A stretch of 64,000 nt of DNA from Bacteroidales bacterium (GTDB lineage: Bacteria > Bacteroidota > Bacteroidia > Bacteroidales > VadinHA17): contig JAUVKT010000001.1 of the NCBI GenBank assembly GCA_030596125.1, positions 28,860-92,859 on the forward strand. The letters run 5' to 3'. The notes under the pieces are model-generated. The model was given only the letters and a program-made list of their open reading frames with translations. It did no database searches and was not told where the DNA came from. Below are positions 52,625 through 62,736 of this stretch, piece by piece. The position numbers were made by a program, and so were the translations under genes. How positions within the stretch are numbered: the stretch's first letter is position 1; every line of letters begins with the position of its first letter.

Positions 52625-53572
52625 ATGAATTTATACCTATCTCTTATTGCAGGTCTGGCTATTTTGCTGGTGGGTGGTGAATTTCTTGTAAGAGGGGGAG
52701 TCTCCATAGCCGGACATCTGAAAATTTCCAGGATGGTGGTTGGTGTAACGGTAGTCTCCTTTGGTACCTCAGCCCCTGAACTTGTTGTAAGCCTTGATGC
52801 TGCTATCTCAGGGCACCCCGATATAGCTTTAGGGAATGTTGTTGGAAGTAATATCTCCAATATAGGTCTGGTACTTGCTCTTACTGTATTAATTACTCCC
52901 TATTTTGTAAAAACACGTGAGGTTTTTCGTGACTGGGCAATTATGATTGCTGTTACACTTATGTTGATTCTGCTTCTTTACTGTGGTTTGAATCTTAACA
53001 GGATTGAGGGATTAGTAATGGTATCCTTGCTTATTTTATATGTAGGTTGGTCGATACGCCACTCCAGGAGAGAGATGCAAAACGGGAATGGAGATCTTAT
53101 TACCCCACATTTTTCATTGCCTGTCTCTATTGTAATAATTATAATATCTAGTGTCGCACTTGTTTTCGGGGCAGATCTTCTTGTTAAAGGGGCATCAGGG
53201 TTAGCTGAAGGTTTTGGTATTAGCGAGCGTGTTATTTCGGTATCGGTAATTGCTCTCGGAACCAGTCTTCCAGAGCTTTCCACTTCAGTATTGGCTGCTG
53301 CCAGGAGACAGAATGAAATTTCAATCGGAAATATTATAGGTTCGAATATCTTTAATATATTGGGTATTCTCGGAGTAACAGCCACTGTTAAGACAATTGA
53401 AGTTCAAAGCAGGGAGGTACTTTCCTTCGATCTCTGGTACGTATTGGGAATGTCCCTGCTATTGTTTGTATTAATACTTCCACTCAGGGGCTCAACGTTA
53501 CACAGGTGGAAGGGTCTGGTTATGGTAATGGTTTATTTACTCTATATTTACCTGGTGTTTTCCTGCAGATGA
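52625..53572 (+). CDS. Ca2+/Na+ antiporter (CaCA / YrbG family)
   Basis: It has two alpha-repeat signatures (GTSAPELVVS…GNVVGSNISNIGL and GTSLPELSTS…GNIIGSNIFNILG) and about 10 TM helices. Confidence 0.85.
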   Translation: MNLYLSLIAGLAILLVGGEFLVRGGVSIAGHLKISRMVVGVTVVSFGTSAPELVVSLDAAISGHPDIALGNVVGSNISNIGLVLALTVLITPYFVKTREVFRDWAIMIAVTLMLILLLYCGLNLNRIEGLVMVSLLILYVGWSIRHSRREMQNGNGDLITPHFSLPVSIVIIIISSVALVFGADLLVKGASGLAEGFGISERVISVSVIALGTSLPELSTSVLAAARRQNEISIGNIIGSNIFNILGILGVTATVKTIEVQSREVLSFDLWYVLGMSLLLFVLILPLRGSTLHRWKGLVMVMVYLLYIYLVFSCR

Positions 53573-53594
53573 AACATAATTATTGGTTAAGAAA

Positions 53595-54251
53595 ATGGTA
53601 AGAGCAGTAGCTATTTCAAAGTCATATGGCGATCTCAGGGTACTGAAGGGAATCAACCTGGAGGTAAAGGAAAAGGAGATTATTACTATTGTCGGGCCCA
53701 GCGGAGCAGGAAAAACAACCCTGTTGCAAATACTTGGCACACTGGATAATCCCGACACCGGATCAGTTATTTACAATGGCCGGGATGTAACATCTCTTTC
53801 CCCAAAGCAAATATCAAGATTTAGAAATTCCAGTATCGGGTTTGTATTCCAGTTTCATCAGCTTCTGCCTGAATTTTCAGCCCTGGAAAATGTTTGTATT
53901 CCTGCATTTATTGCTGGCAAAGGGAAGCAGGAAGCTGAAGAGAGGGCGAAAGAACTGCTTGGTTATCTTAAACTTACAGACAGGCTCGAACATAAGCCTT
54001 CGGAGTTGAGTGGTGGTGAGCAGCAAAGAGTTGCTGTTGCAAGAGCGTTGGTAAATAATCCCTCTGTAATACTTGCCGATGAACCATCCGGAAATCTCGA
54101 TAGTGACAATAAAAGGGAGTTGCACAGGCTCTTTTTTGATCTTAGGGATAAATTCGGACAGACAATTATTATTGTTACCCACGACAGGGAACTTGCCGGC
54201 ATGTCTGACCGGATCATTGAAATCAAGGACGGGGTGATAGTAAATGACTAA
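53595..54251 (+). CDS. ABC transporter ATP-binding protein (LolD/MacB-ATPase-like)
   Basis: It has Walker [10 protein letters not shown], the Q-loop, the signature [15 protein letters not shown], Walker [12 protein letters not shown], and the H-loop TH. I prefer the ATG at 53595 ([12 protein letters not shown]) over the TTG at 53583. Confidence 0.85.
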   Translation: MVRAVAISKSYGDLRVLKGINLEVKEKEIITIVGPSGAGKTTLLQILGTLDNPDTGSVIYNGRDVTSLSPKQISRFRNSSIGFVFQFHQLLPEFSALENVCIPAFIAGKGKQEAEERAKELLGYLKLTDRLEHKPSELSGGEQQRVAVARALVNNPSVILADEPSGNLDSDNKRELHRLFFDLRDKFGQTIIIVTHDRELAGMSDRIIEIKDGVIVND

Positions 54252-55041
54252 AGAGCTATCCTATAACGGGATCATTCACAGTGAAATGAGGGAATTCCTC
54301 GAAGAAAAACATTCAAGTTTTAATAACAGCAGTTTTATAAGTAATGATCCGGTATCAATTCCACACAGATATACCGATCGCAGAGATATTGAGATCTCTG
54401 GTTTTCTGACAGCAACAATTGCATGGGGGCGAAGAGACCTGATAATCAGTTCTGCTGCCAGGCTCATGGAGATGATGGGGAATAACCCGTATGAGTTTCT
54501 GATGGAGGCTGATGAAAAACACCTGGAGAGGTTTAACAGGTTCTATTACCGGACTTTTAACGGTGCCGATTGCACCTACTTTCTGGCGTCACTAAGAAAT
54601 ATCTACACCAATTATAGCTCGCTTGAAGATATTCTTACGGAAACAATAAGCAATGGATCCTCACTTAAGGATGCCCTGATCCATTTCAGGAATCGTTTTT
54701 TTTCATTAGACCATAATAAGAGAACATTGAAACATTTTACAAATGTCGGGGCCGGGTCGGCAGGGAAGAGGCTAAACATGTTTCTGAGGTGGATGGTCAG
54801 AAATGATAACAGGGGTGTTGACTTTGGATTGTGGAACAAAATTGATCCCTCAGAACTGTTTATGCCCCTCGATATTCATTCGGGTAATAGTGCAAGGAGA
54901 CTTGGACTGTTAAAGAGAAAAGCGAACGACTGGAAAGCAGTTGAAGAGGTTACATCAATTCTGAAAACTTTTGATAGTTCTGATCCTGTGAAATATGATT
55001 TTGCACTATTCGGAATTGGGGTAAATGAGAAATTGAGGTAA
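54244..55041 (+). CDS. TIGR02757/DUF2400 family protein
   Basis: 265 aa. The pattern ([10 protein letters not shown]…[16 protein letters not shown]…[16 protein letters not shown]) matches my recollection of this uncharacterised family. It overlaps the upstream gene by 8 bp. Confidence 0.55.
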   Translation: MTKELSYNGIIHSEMREFLEEKHSSFNNSSFISNDPVSIPHRYTDRRDIEISGFLTATIAWGRRDLIISSAARLMEMMGNNPYEFLMEADEKHLERFNRFYYRTFNGADCTYFLASLRNIYTNYSSLEDILTETISNGSSLKDALIHFRNRFFSLDHNKRTLKHFTNVGAGSAGKRLNMFLRWMVRNDNRGVDFGLWNKIDPSELFMPLDIHSGNSARRLGLLKRKANDWKAVEEVTSILKTFDSSDPVKYDFALFGIGVNEKLR

Positions 55042-55754
55042 TGGCTAATACATGGTTTGATTTTAAGCAGTTTCGGGTGTGTCAGGAGAAGGCGGCATTT
55101 AAGGTGGGTACAGATGGAGTGCTTCTTGGCGCCTGGGTTGACCTGTCAGGTGCAGAGAGAATCCTTGATATTGGGACAGGAACAGGCCTCATTTCGCTTA
55201 TGGCAGCACAACGTTCAGAAGCATTGATAACTGCTATTGAACCCGATGAGGAATCAATGCTGGAGGCAGCCGTTAATTTTAATAAAAGTCAATGGAGTGA
55301 AAGAATAGTTATTGTAAATATGAAGCTCCAGGATTTTGCCCCGGTAGCTAAGGTCAGGTTTGATATTATCATTTCCAATCCTCCCTATTTTACTGCATCT
55401 CTGAAGAACCCGGATCGCAGGCTTAGTATGGCAAGACACAATGAAACTCTTTCTCCGGAGGAGTTGTTTGAAGGGGTCGGGAATTTGTTATCAGATGATG
55501 GCAGATTCTCTGTTATCCTTCCGTATGAGGAGGCAAATATTTCTATAGCTGTTGCTGCCGGATATAAACTATACTGTAACAGGATGTTAAATATTAAACC
55601 TCTTCCCTCAAAACCGGTTAAGAGGGTGTTGCTGGAATTCGGACGAATAAAAAAGCCACTTGATACAGGTTACCTGATAATCGAAATCAATGGACGCCAT
55701 GATTACAGCAGGGAGTTTATCAACCTTACAAAAGATTTCTACCTTAATCTTTAG
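55041..55754 (+). CDS. tRNA (adenine37-N6)-methyltransferase-like SAM-dependent methyltransferase
   Basis: It has the SAM-binding motif ILDIGTGTGLISLM and the N6-adenine MTase motif ISNPPYF. The size and layout resemble YfiC/TrmN6. Confidence 0.7.
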   Translation: MANTWFDFKQFRVCQEKAAFKVGTDGVLLGAWVDLSGAERILDIGTGTGLISLMAAQRSEALITAIEPDEESMLEAAVNFNKSQWSERIVIVNMKLQDFAPVAKVRFDIIISNPPYFTASLKNPDRRLSMARHNETLSPEELFEGVGNLLSDDGRFSVILPYEEANISIAVAAGYKLYCNRMLNIKPLPSKPVKRVLLEFGRIKKPLDTGYLIIEINGRHDYSREFINLTKDFYLNL

Positions 55755-57090
55755 CCTGATCAATAAAATCTGAAAGAGGAAGGCCAAACTCCTCTATTAT
55801 TTTAATACCAAGTTTCTCAAGCTGATCAAGTACAGGATTATATATTTCAGGTATAACAGGTATATGAACGCCGCAAATTCTTATCTCTTTACGGAGTATC
55901 ATCTCTGCTGCTATGGCTGCCGGTAGTCCTACTGTTCTTGATATGGAAGTGTTTGTTTCAGGTGATCCGTAATCAATCATATGTGAACTGATAACCTCTT
56001 TTCTCCCATCCGGATATATTACCTTAAAAAGATGCTGAAGAACAATCATATCCCTCTCATTTTTACTCAGCATCATCTTTTTGATCATCATGTCAGAGAT
56101 GATCTCAAAAGGAGAAGATTCTGCATACCCCATATCTTTATCTTCAAGGAGACCAAGCCACCGGAATGCTTCCACAGTAATTGCACCATTCCCGATATCG
56201 AGATAGTCAGTTAGCCTGTTTAACAGACTACCATCCCCTTCAGGTAAAAGGCCTGAAAGAAAATCGGAATAGGTTCTGTTTGAATAATCAGAAACATTCC
56301 TGTCAAGCATGTTGAGGCTCTTCATTGAATCGAGAATCTCACACCAGCCAATATGTCTGTATGTTCCCCTGTATATTGTTTCGGTTTCGGGTATGCCGTA
56401 GATATCAATATAGATTATCGAATCCCTGTTTGGGTAAACCTCAAGTACCCCCACCCCTGGTACTTTATGTCTGAAGCGGTCTTTGAAAAGGTTAATAGGT
56501 TCAATATCCACTCTCTTGCCTTTTATAAGATAACGAGCGTCGCTCCTGCTTGCCAGTATCACCCCTTTGGGGCTCCATGAAAATTTATATCCAAACGGGT
56601 TATTTTTACTCTCAGGAGCGGGCAGGGCTCCGCAAAGTGAGTAAAACTCTATTATTTTACCACCCTCAGAATGAACTTTGTCAATAATACGCATAGCAGA
56701 CATATGGTCAATCCCCGGATCCATGCCTGTCTCATTCAAAAGTATTATACCACTTTCCCTGGCCTGTTTGTCGAGCTGTTTCATCTTCTCCTGAACATAG
56801 GAGGTGGTTACCATTGACTTGCTGTGTTCAATGCATACACTGGCAACTTGCACATGGAATTTATAAGGCAGAAGACTCACTGCCAGGTCGCACCCTGATA
56901 TAAGATCATTGAGAGTGCTGATGTCTCCGGCTTCCCAGTAGACAGAACTTCCGTTTGGATGGCCATTCAGGATATGTTTGGCTCTGTCCATTGTATTTGA
57001 TGCAAGAACTATTTCAAACCCTGCTTCAAGAAGATATTCCACAAGCGGTTTTGCTACCATGCCGGTACCTAAAACAACTACTTTCTTCAT
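55744..57090 (-). CDS. Saccharopine dehydrogenase family protein
   Basis: 448 aa. An N-terminal Rossmann motif (KVVVLGTGMVAKPLVEYL) is followed by a saccharopine-dehydrogenase-like C-terminal domain (…NETGMDPGIDHM…). Confidence 0.7.
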   Translation of the reverse strand: MKKVVVLGTGMVAKPLVEYLLEAGFEIVLASNTMDRAKHILNGHPNGSSVYWEAGDISTLNDLISGCDLAVSLLPYKFHVQVASVCIEHSKSMVTTSYVQEKMKQLDKQARESGIILLNETGMDPGIDHMSAMRIIDKVHSEGGKIIEFYSLCGALPAPESKNNPFGYKFSWSPKGVILASRSDARYLIKGKRVDIEPINLFKDRFRHKVPGVGVLEVYPNRDSIIYIDIYGIPETETIYRGTYRHIGWCEILDSMKSLNMLDRNVSDYSNRTYSDFLSGLLPEGDGSLLNRLTDYLDIGNGAITVEAFRWLGLLEDKDMGYAESSPFEIISDMMIKKMMLSKNERDMIVLQHLFKVIYPDGRKEVISSHMIDYGSPETNTSISRTVGLPAAIAAEMILRKEIRICGVHIPVIPEIYNPVLDQLEKLGIKIIEEFGLPLSDFIDQAKD

Positions 57091-57172
57091 ATTAAGATAT
57101 GTTACTGTTTAATGGTTTCTTTATCGGCTCAATATAGAAAATGTGATTAATTAAGTCAATGATTAGAATCAA

Positions 57173-57180
57173 TATTTTTG
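57173..57180 (+). promoter_or_regulatory. TAnnTTTG -7 motif (TATTTTTG) upstream of MITE-like copy 2 and mutS
   Basis: Exact match. It is 46 nt upstream of the repeat element and 301 nt upstream of ATG 57482. Confidence 0.4.
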
Positions 57181-57226
57181 CATTACCTGATATAGATTTC
57201 AACAATAAATTAAAACCACTTTCTTA

Positions 57227-57402
57227 ACCTGATTAATTCATAAGTTTTTCGTCATGAGAAGTCAAAGTACAAAGAATAAAGGTAAGCACAGATTTTTGAC
57301 TCACAGATATAGCCATAGCTATATTGAGAATCAAAAATTGAGCATTGCATTTAATTTAAGTAATTTGGCTTCGTAATAGAACAATTTGTGAATTAATCAG
57401 GT
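57227..57402 (+). mobile_element. MITE-like palindromic dispersed repeat, copy 2
   Basis: It is in the same orientation as copy 1. The first 13 bp of its TIR are perfect (CCTGATTAATTCA / TGAATTAATCAGG). It is flanked by TA (…CTTA|A…T|TAAC…). A central 7-bp-stem hairpin ATATAGC-CATA-GCTATAT is conserved in both copies. Confidence 0.65.
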
Positions 57403-57481
57403 TAACAGTTTGCTTCATTGTATATTTGTCTGAACGATACATTATTGTTGTCAGGATAAGTATCTGTTTAGTAACTATATA

Positions 57482-60094
57482 ATGAAAGAGCCGAGAAAGT
57501 ACGCTGAAACACCCCTGATGAAGCAGTATTATAGTATCAAGGCGAAACATCCTGATGCAGTTTTGCTTTTTCGGGTAGGTGATTTCTATGAGACTTTCGG
57601 AGAGGATGCCATTCGAACATCAGAGATACTGGGAATTACACTTACACGGAGAGCCAATGGCGCTGCATCATATGTCGAACTGGCCGGATTCCCGTATCAT
57701 GCTATTGACACATATCTTCCAAGGCTTGTCAGGGCAGGCCAGAGAGTTGCAATCTGTGAACAACTGGAAGATCCGAAGCTGACAAAGAAGATTGTAAAAA
57801 GAGGAATTACAGAGTTGGTAACACCGGGTGTCTCTCTCGACGATAATGTCCTTGATCATAAAGAAAATAACTACCTGGCATCGGTTCATTTCAGAAAAAC
57901 AATTGCGGGTGTGGCCTTCCTGGATATCTCTACCGGTGAGTTTCTTGCAGCAGAAGGAACAGTGAGTTATATCGATCAGTTGTTAACCAGTTTTGCTCCC
58001 AAAGAGGTGCTGTTTGAGAAGGGGAAAGCTGACAGCTATCGTGAAATATTCGGCTCAAAATACTATACTTTTAAACTCGACGACTGGATTTATACACTCG
58101 AAGCGGCTAACGATCGTCTTGTTAAACATTTTGGAACAAAATCCCTGAAAGGTTTTGGTGTTCATGGAATGGATTACGGGATTATTGCAGCAGGTTCAAT
58201 TCTTCATTACCTCGATCTTACAGAGCACAAACAGCTTGATCATATTACAATGATTTCGAGAATTGAGGAGGATAGTTATGTCTGGCTCGACAAGTTTACA
58301 GTGAGAAACCTGGAACTGTTTCACACACCATACGAAGGTGCGGGGACACTGTTAGGTGTGCTTGACAAAACAATTGGCCCGATGGGAGGCAGGATGCTGA
58401 AAAAATGGATATCCCTGCCTCTTAAGGATATAGACCAGATAAACTCAAGGCTTGACGCCGTCAGTTATATAATAGATAATGAGGAGTTCAGGGACGAGCT
58501 GTTAAATGGTATCGGAACAATCGGTGACCTTGAGAGGCTAATCTCAAAAGTTGCTACAAACCGTATTAATCCAAGAGAGGTGGTTCAGCTTAAAAGGGCG
58601 TTAAATGCGATAATTCCGATTAAGGATTCATGTATTGCCACAGGTTGTGAACCGGTTGTGCAAATAGGAGGTAAGCTGGATGGGTGCAGCCTGATAAGCG
58701 AAAGAATAGACAAAGAACTAACAGAAGATCCACCTGTTATGATCAACAGGGGAAATGTGATAAGGAATGGTGTTTCGGAAGAGCTGGATGATCTGAGGGA
58801 GATACTGACAACAGGAAAAAACTGGCTGATTGATCTTCAGAAGAGAGAGAGTGAACGAACTGGAATTACAAGTCTTAAGGTGGGGTTTAATAATGTATTC
58901 GGTTATTATATCGAGGTAAGGAATACACATAAAGACAAGGTTCCTGAAGAGTGGATAAGAAAGCAGACACTTGTCAGTGCTGAACGATATATCACTGAAG
59001 AGTTAAAGGAGTATGAGAGTAAGATTCTTGGAGCTGAAGGGAAAATACTGAGCCTTGAGCAGGAAATTTTCGGGAGTCTTGTTGATGCATTACTTGAATA
59101 TATTACCCCCGTTCAGCTTAATGCAACACTTATTGCCAGGCTCGATTGTTTCTATTCACACGCTCTGGTATCACATGAGAACAGATATGTAAGACCAGAG
59201 ATCAACGACAGCCTGGTAATAGAAATAAAAGAAGGGCGGCATCCGGTGATAGAACATCACCTGCCACCTGATGAAGCTTACATACCTAATGATCTGTTCC
59301 TGGATAACAAGGAGCAACAGATAATTATTCTTACAGGTCCGAATATGTCGGGTAAATCGGCTGTGTTACGGCAGACAGCCTTAATAGTGCTGATGGCACA
59401 GACCGGTTGTTTTGTTCCGGCTTCGGAGGCCAGGATTGGCCTGGTTGATAAGATCTTTACCAGGGTAGGAGCATCTGACAATATTAGTCTGGGAGAATCG
59501 ACTTTTATGGTAGAGATGAATGAAACAGCCAGTATCCTTAATAACCTGTCAGACCGCAGCCTGGTTCTCCTTGATGAGATAGGAAGAGGAACGAGTACAT
59601 ACGATGGTATATCCATTGCATGGGCTATGGTTGAGTATCTTCATGAATACCGGTATAAAGCAAAAACCCTTTTTGCAACTCACTATCACGAGCTTAATGA
59701 GATGGAAAACTCATTTCCAGCGGTTAAAAATTATAATGTTTCTATTAAAGAGCTGAATGATAAGATAATCTTTCTTCGTAAACTTAAAAGAGGGGGTAGT
59801 GAACATAGCTTTGGGATACATGTTGCCAGGATGGCCGGTATGCCTGGTAGTCTTGTGAGGAGAGCAAATGAGGTACTCACAGAGATGGAGGGAGGAGACA
59901 GTGACAGCAAGCTTTCAAAGCCGGTTGCCGGTATTGCCTCAGGTCGTGAGGGTATGCAACTGAGTTTCTTTCAGCTCGACGACCCGGTACTTAAACAGGT
60001 AAGAGATGAGATTGCAGGCCTCGATCTGAATAATCTTACTCCTGTTGAAGCCCTTAATAAACTCTACAATATCCAGAAACTTATCAGAAAATAA
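57482..60094 (+). CDS. mutS: DNA mismatch repair protein MutS
   Basis: 870 aa. It has an N-terminal mismatch-binding motif ([34 protein letters not shown]), Walker A GPNMSGKS, and [12 protein letters not shown]. Confidence 0.97.
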   Translation: MKEPRKYAETPLMKQYYSIKAKHPDAVLLFRVGDFYETFGEDAIRTSEILGITLTRRANGAASYVELAGFPYHAIDTYLPRLVRAGQRVAICEQLEDPKLTKKIVKRGITELVTPGVSLDDNVLDHKENNYLASVHFRKTIAGVAFLDISTGEFLAAEGTVSYIDQLLTSFAPKEVLFEKGKADSYREIFGSKYYTFKLDDWIYTLEAANDRLVKHFGTKSLKGFGVHGMDYGIIAAGSILHYLDLTEHKQLDHITMISRIEEDSYVWLDKFTVRNLELFHTPYEGAGTLLGVLDKTIGPMGGRMLKKWISLPLKDIDQINSRLDAVSYIIDNEEFRDELLNGIGTIGDLERLISKVATNRINPREVVQLKRALNAIIPIKDSCIATGCEPVVQIGGKLDGCSLISERIDKELTEDPPVMINRGNVIRNGVSEELDDLREILTTGKNWLIDLQKRESERTGITSLKVGFNNVFGYYIEVRNTHKDKVPEEWIRKQTLVSAERYITEELKEYESKILGAEGKILSLEQEIFGSLVDALLEYITPVQLNATLIARLDCFYSHALVSHENRYVRPEINDSLVIEIKEGRHPVIEHHLPPDEAYIPNDLFLDNKEQQIIILTGPNMSGKSAVLRQTALIVLMAQTGCFVPASEARIGLVDKIFTRVGASDNISLGESTFMVEMNETASILNNLSDRSLVLLDEIGRGTSTYDGISIAWAMVEYLHEYRYKAKTLFATHYHELNEMENSFPAVKNYNVSIKELNDKIIFLRKLKRGGSEHSFGIHVARMAGMPGSLVRRANEVLTEMEGGDSDSKLSKPVAGIASGREGMQLSFFQLDDPVLKQVRDEIAGLDLNNLTPVEALNKLYNIQKLIRK

Positions 60095-60096
60095 TT

Positions 60097-60150
60097 TCAT
60101 TCCTGCTATTATTGTCATCCCTGCTAATTCTGTCATTCCTGCGCACGCAG
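60097..60150. repeat. 3 x 18-bp tandem repeat (TCATYCCTGC + 8 nt) directly after the mutS stop
   Basis: The units are TCATTCCTGCTATTATTG, TCATCCCTGCTAATTCTG and TCATTCCTGCGCACGCAG. Confidence 0.9.
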
Positions 60151-60154
60151 GAAT
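60135..60154 (+). other. Perfect palindrome ATTCCTGCG-CA-CGCAGGAAT (REP-like hairpin, possible mutS terminator)
   Basis: The two 9-nt arms are perfectly complementary, about 40 nt after the mutS stop. No U-tract follows, so a terminator function is uncertain. Confidence 0.4.
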
Positions 60155-60180
60155 CTCTCTCATATCACTACATCAATCTA

Positions 60181-60267
60181 CATCTGCCATTCGCCATTTA
60201 CCATTTGACATTTGACATTTGACATTTGACATTTGACATTTGACATTTGACATTTGACATTTGACAT
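60181..60267. repeat. Heptamer tandem array: 3 degenerate units plus 9 perfect CATTTGA units
   Basis: Read directly, it is CATCTGC CATTCGC CATTTAC followed by (CATTTGA)x9 and a partial CAT. It lies in the convergent gap between the mutS and permease 3' ends. Confidence 0.97.
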
Positions 60268-60273
60268 ATCTTC

Positions 60274-62493
60274 CTACTCTATCTCCAGCCTGTCATGTGA
60301 GTTTACGAAAAGAATAGTCCCCATATCATCGTATCCTGAGAAGATAGTCTCTCCATTATGTTTTAATGTGTCGCCTCGGAATCCGATCAGAGTGAGAGCA
60401 GCCTCTGATGATTTACTGCTGATAAGCTTTTTTGCCGACAGGTCCTGCTGTTCAATTATTATTTCGATGTTCTTTTTGGTTATAGGAAGCCGGCCCTCAT
60501 TAATAAGTTTTTGACTGTTTTTCACTGTTTCATCGTACTGCTCAGGTTTACAAATGTCAAATATTTTAAAATTTGCCTTTTTCCAATCCGGATGTCCTGT
60601 AATAATGAAACTAAGCATAATCATCAGGTTGGCATTATATTCATCGGTCGATTTTATCCATACATGGATACCGTTTTTGTAGGTTATCTTTCGGCTGCTT
60701 GTTCCCAGAATACATACATCAAAATTACCGGCATTGATAAGTGCATAATTCTCTATGATCTCTTTGATGTCATCTGGATTATCCTTGTCATATTCAAAAA
60801 TTACCATATTGTTTTCCATGCCGGCAATACCTGGAACCTGTATGGCCTGGGCGATTGCAGAGGTATATGAAGGGGATATTATCGTATCAACATAAACATG
60901 ATTTTCAATCTTGTCAAATGAGTTTATTAGTTTCGAAAGTTCCTCTTCTGCCTGCAGGTGGGTACTTTTTGAATAGTAACCTTTTATCCTGTGCAGGTAT
61001 GTGCCAAACCCATATTTATAAGATATCCAGTTCAGTAGTTTAAAAGCTGTGTCACGCTCGAAGGACTTCTTTGAAATACAGATTGCACTTGGCCTCCATT
61101 CATGCTTTGTCTTTTTCCCTTTGGATTTTTGAAGATACACCTGCAGGTTCCTGTTTAGCTGGAATAATGCATTGGCAAAGATAGACTCCAACCCCTGCCT
61201 GTTCCTGTGGTAATAATTTATAAAAAGGTATATCAGTACCATCATTACAATGGCCGCCGCCGCGTAGGTAGTGTTAATCTTGAACATTACCCATATCGAG
61301 ATCAAAAATCCGGCAAGTGAAAAATACCACCTCGATTTGAATGATGGCCGATACGATGGACTTGATCCAAAATGATTAAGAAAAGATATAAGGCATAGTG
61401 AGCCATAAGTTACCATAAAGAACATTGATATAATCTCTGCAACAGCATTCACGTTACCCAACGAAACAAATACAAATGCAATAATTACAGTAATCAGGGA
61501 TGCATTTGCAGGTTCTCCGTCTTCCTTTCTCCCCCTTGAAAGCCACCTGTTAACTTTAGAGGAAGGGAATGAACTGTCATTTGCCAGTGCCTGTAAGGTT
61601 CTTGGGGCTACCATAACAGAACCTATGGCTGATGATATAGTTGAGGCAGCCAGCCCAAGAGGAATAATAAACGCTCCGCCAATTGCAATTTTGCCCATTA
61701 TAAGCTGATTACCTGTAAGATCATCGACGCTTACAGAAAGGGCGAGTTTATAAATTATAAACACATAAACAACCATACCAATAAGAGTTGCCGATGTAGT
61801 GCCAAGTGGAATAGATTTGGATGGATTTTTCAGATCACCCGACAGTCCAACCCCGGCGGTCATGCCGGTAAAGGCAGGAAATACAATTGCAAATACAACA
61901 AAGAAACTCTCCCTGTTGCGAAAGGCTGCGTTTGAAAGATTAAATGATGAGTTTGCCGCATATTCTGTTGATCCAAGGAAAAAAAGTGTAATTGATACTG
62001 CCAGGATAGCCACGACAATGTAAAGGGTTTTTACTCCCATATTCGCACCTTTCTTAAGGATTAGTATTCCCAGTACGGCCATGGCCGGAATACTTATTAT
62101 CTGCCTGGGTAACAGAATACCCGTCTTGTCAAGTATAAAATCAAAAAAGAATTCGAATGCTTCGGTAAAGGCTATCACATAGAAAGCGACGCTTATTGCC
62201 TGTGAAAAGAAGAGTGCAATTCCTATGGTGGCCCCGATATTCAGTCCGAACGAACGACTGATAATGAAATACTCACCCCCGCCCTCAACCCGTTTATTTG
62301 TAGCCAGCTCAGAAATAGCAAGCGCAGTAGGAATAGTGACCATATGGCCCAGTAGAATAATACATATAACACCCCAGAAACCTAGTGTGCCTACTGCATA
62401 CCCAAACCTTAGAAACAGTATTGCTCCAAGTATTGTGGATATAGCTGTAAAAAAGACGGGTGCAGTCCCAAACCTCTTTGACGAAGTTGACAT
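60274..62493 (-). CDS. APC-superfamily permease with large cytoplasmic C-terminal domain (cation-chloride cotransporter/SLC12-like)
   Basis: 739 aa. It has a 12-TM core with a CCC-like TM1 motif (FGTAPVFFTAISTILGAILFLRFGYAVGTLG). A ~300-aa soluble C-terminal domain follows. Confidence 0.7.
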   Translation of the reverse strand: MSTSSKRFGTAPVFFTAISTILGAILFLRFGYAVGTLGFWGVICIILLGHMVTIPTALAISELATNKRVEGGGEYFIISRSFGLNIGATIGIALFFSQAISVAFYVIAFTEAFEFFFDFILDKTGILLPRQIISIPAMAVLGILILKKGANMGVKTLYIVVAILAVSITLFFLGSTEYAANSSFNLSNAAFRNRESFFVVFAIVFPAFTGMTAGVGLSGDLKNPSKSIPLGTTSATLIGMVVYVFIIYKLALSVSVDDLTGNQLIMGKIAIGGAFIIPLGLAASTISSAIGSVMVAPRTLQALANDSSFPSSKVNRWLSRGRKEDGEPANASLITVIIAFVFVSLGNVNAVAEIISMFFMVTYGSLCLISFLNHFGSSPSYRPSFKSRWYFSLAGFLISIWVMFKINTTYAAAAIVMMVLIYLFINYYHRNRQGLESIFANALFQLNRNLQVYLQKSKGKKTKHEWRPSAICISKKSFERDTAFKLLNWISYKYGFGTYLHRIKGYYSKSTHLQAEEELSKLINSFDKIENHVYVDTIISPSYTSAIAQAIQVPGIAGMENNMVIFEYDKDNPDDIKEIIENYALINAGNFDVCILGTSSRKITYKNGIHVWIKSTDEYNANLMIMLSFIITGHPDWKKANFKIFDICKPEQYDETVKNSQKLINEGRLPITKKNIEIIIEQQDLSAKKLISSKSSEAALTLIGFRGDTLKHNGETIFSGYDDMGTILFVNSHDRLEIE

Positions 62494-62574
62494 AGATATC
62501 CTGTTTTATCTGTTTTAATTCAGTATTAAAGATAATACATTAAAATAAATGTTTTGTATGGATTTAAGCAAGAA

Positions 62575-62622
62575 GTGACTAAAGTGCCTAAAGTTTGAAG
62601 ACTGAAGACTACTGACTGAACA
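62575..62622. repeat. 3 x 9-bp then 3 x 7-bp degenerate tandem repeats
   Basis: The 9-bp units are GTGACTAAA, GTGCCTAAA and GTTTGAAGA. The 7-bp units are CTGAAGA, CTACTGA and CTGAACA. Confidence 0.8.
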
Positions 62623-62673
62623 GATGCAACTAATAAATGTTATAATAATGTTAATAATAATAGAATAACTGTA

Positions 62674-62681
62674 TAAATTTG
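62674..62681 (+). promoter_or_regulatory. TAnnTTTG -7 motif (TAAATTTG) before the RND adaptor/pump genes
   Basis: Exact match, 55 nt upstream of ATG 62737. Confidence 0.45.
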
Positions 62682-62736
62682 GAATAAACAGACATCTTTG
62701 ATGGTCTGATAATTAAATATTCAATAGATTTTAGTA

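Noticed and set aside
60181-60267. Considered whether the heptamer array or the other short tandem repeats could be a CRISPR array or a phase-variation switch.
   Set aside because: The units are 7 bp with no spacers, so this is not CRISPR. The array lies between two convergent 3' ends, not in a promoter or coding frame, so the classic on/off slipped-strand switch model does not apply.
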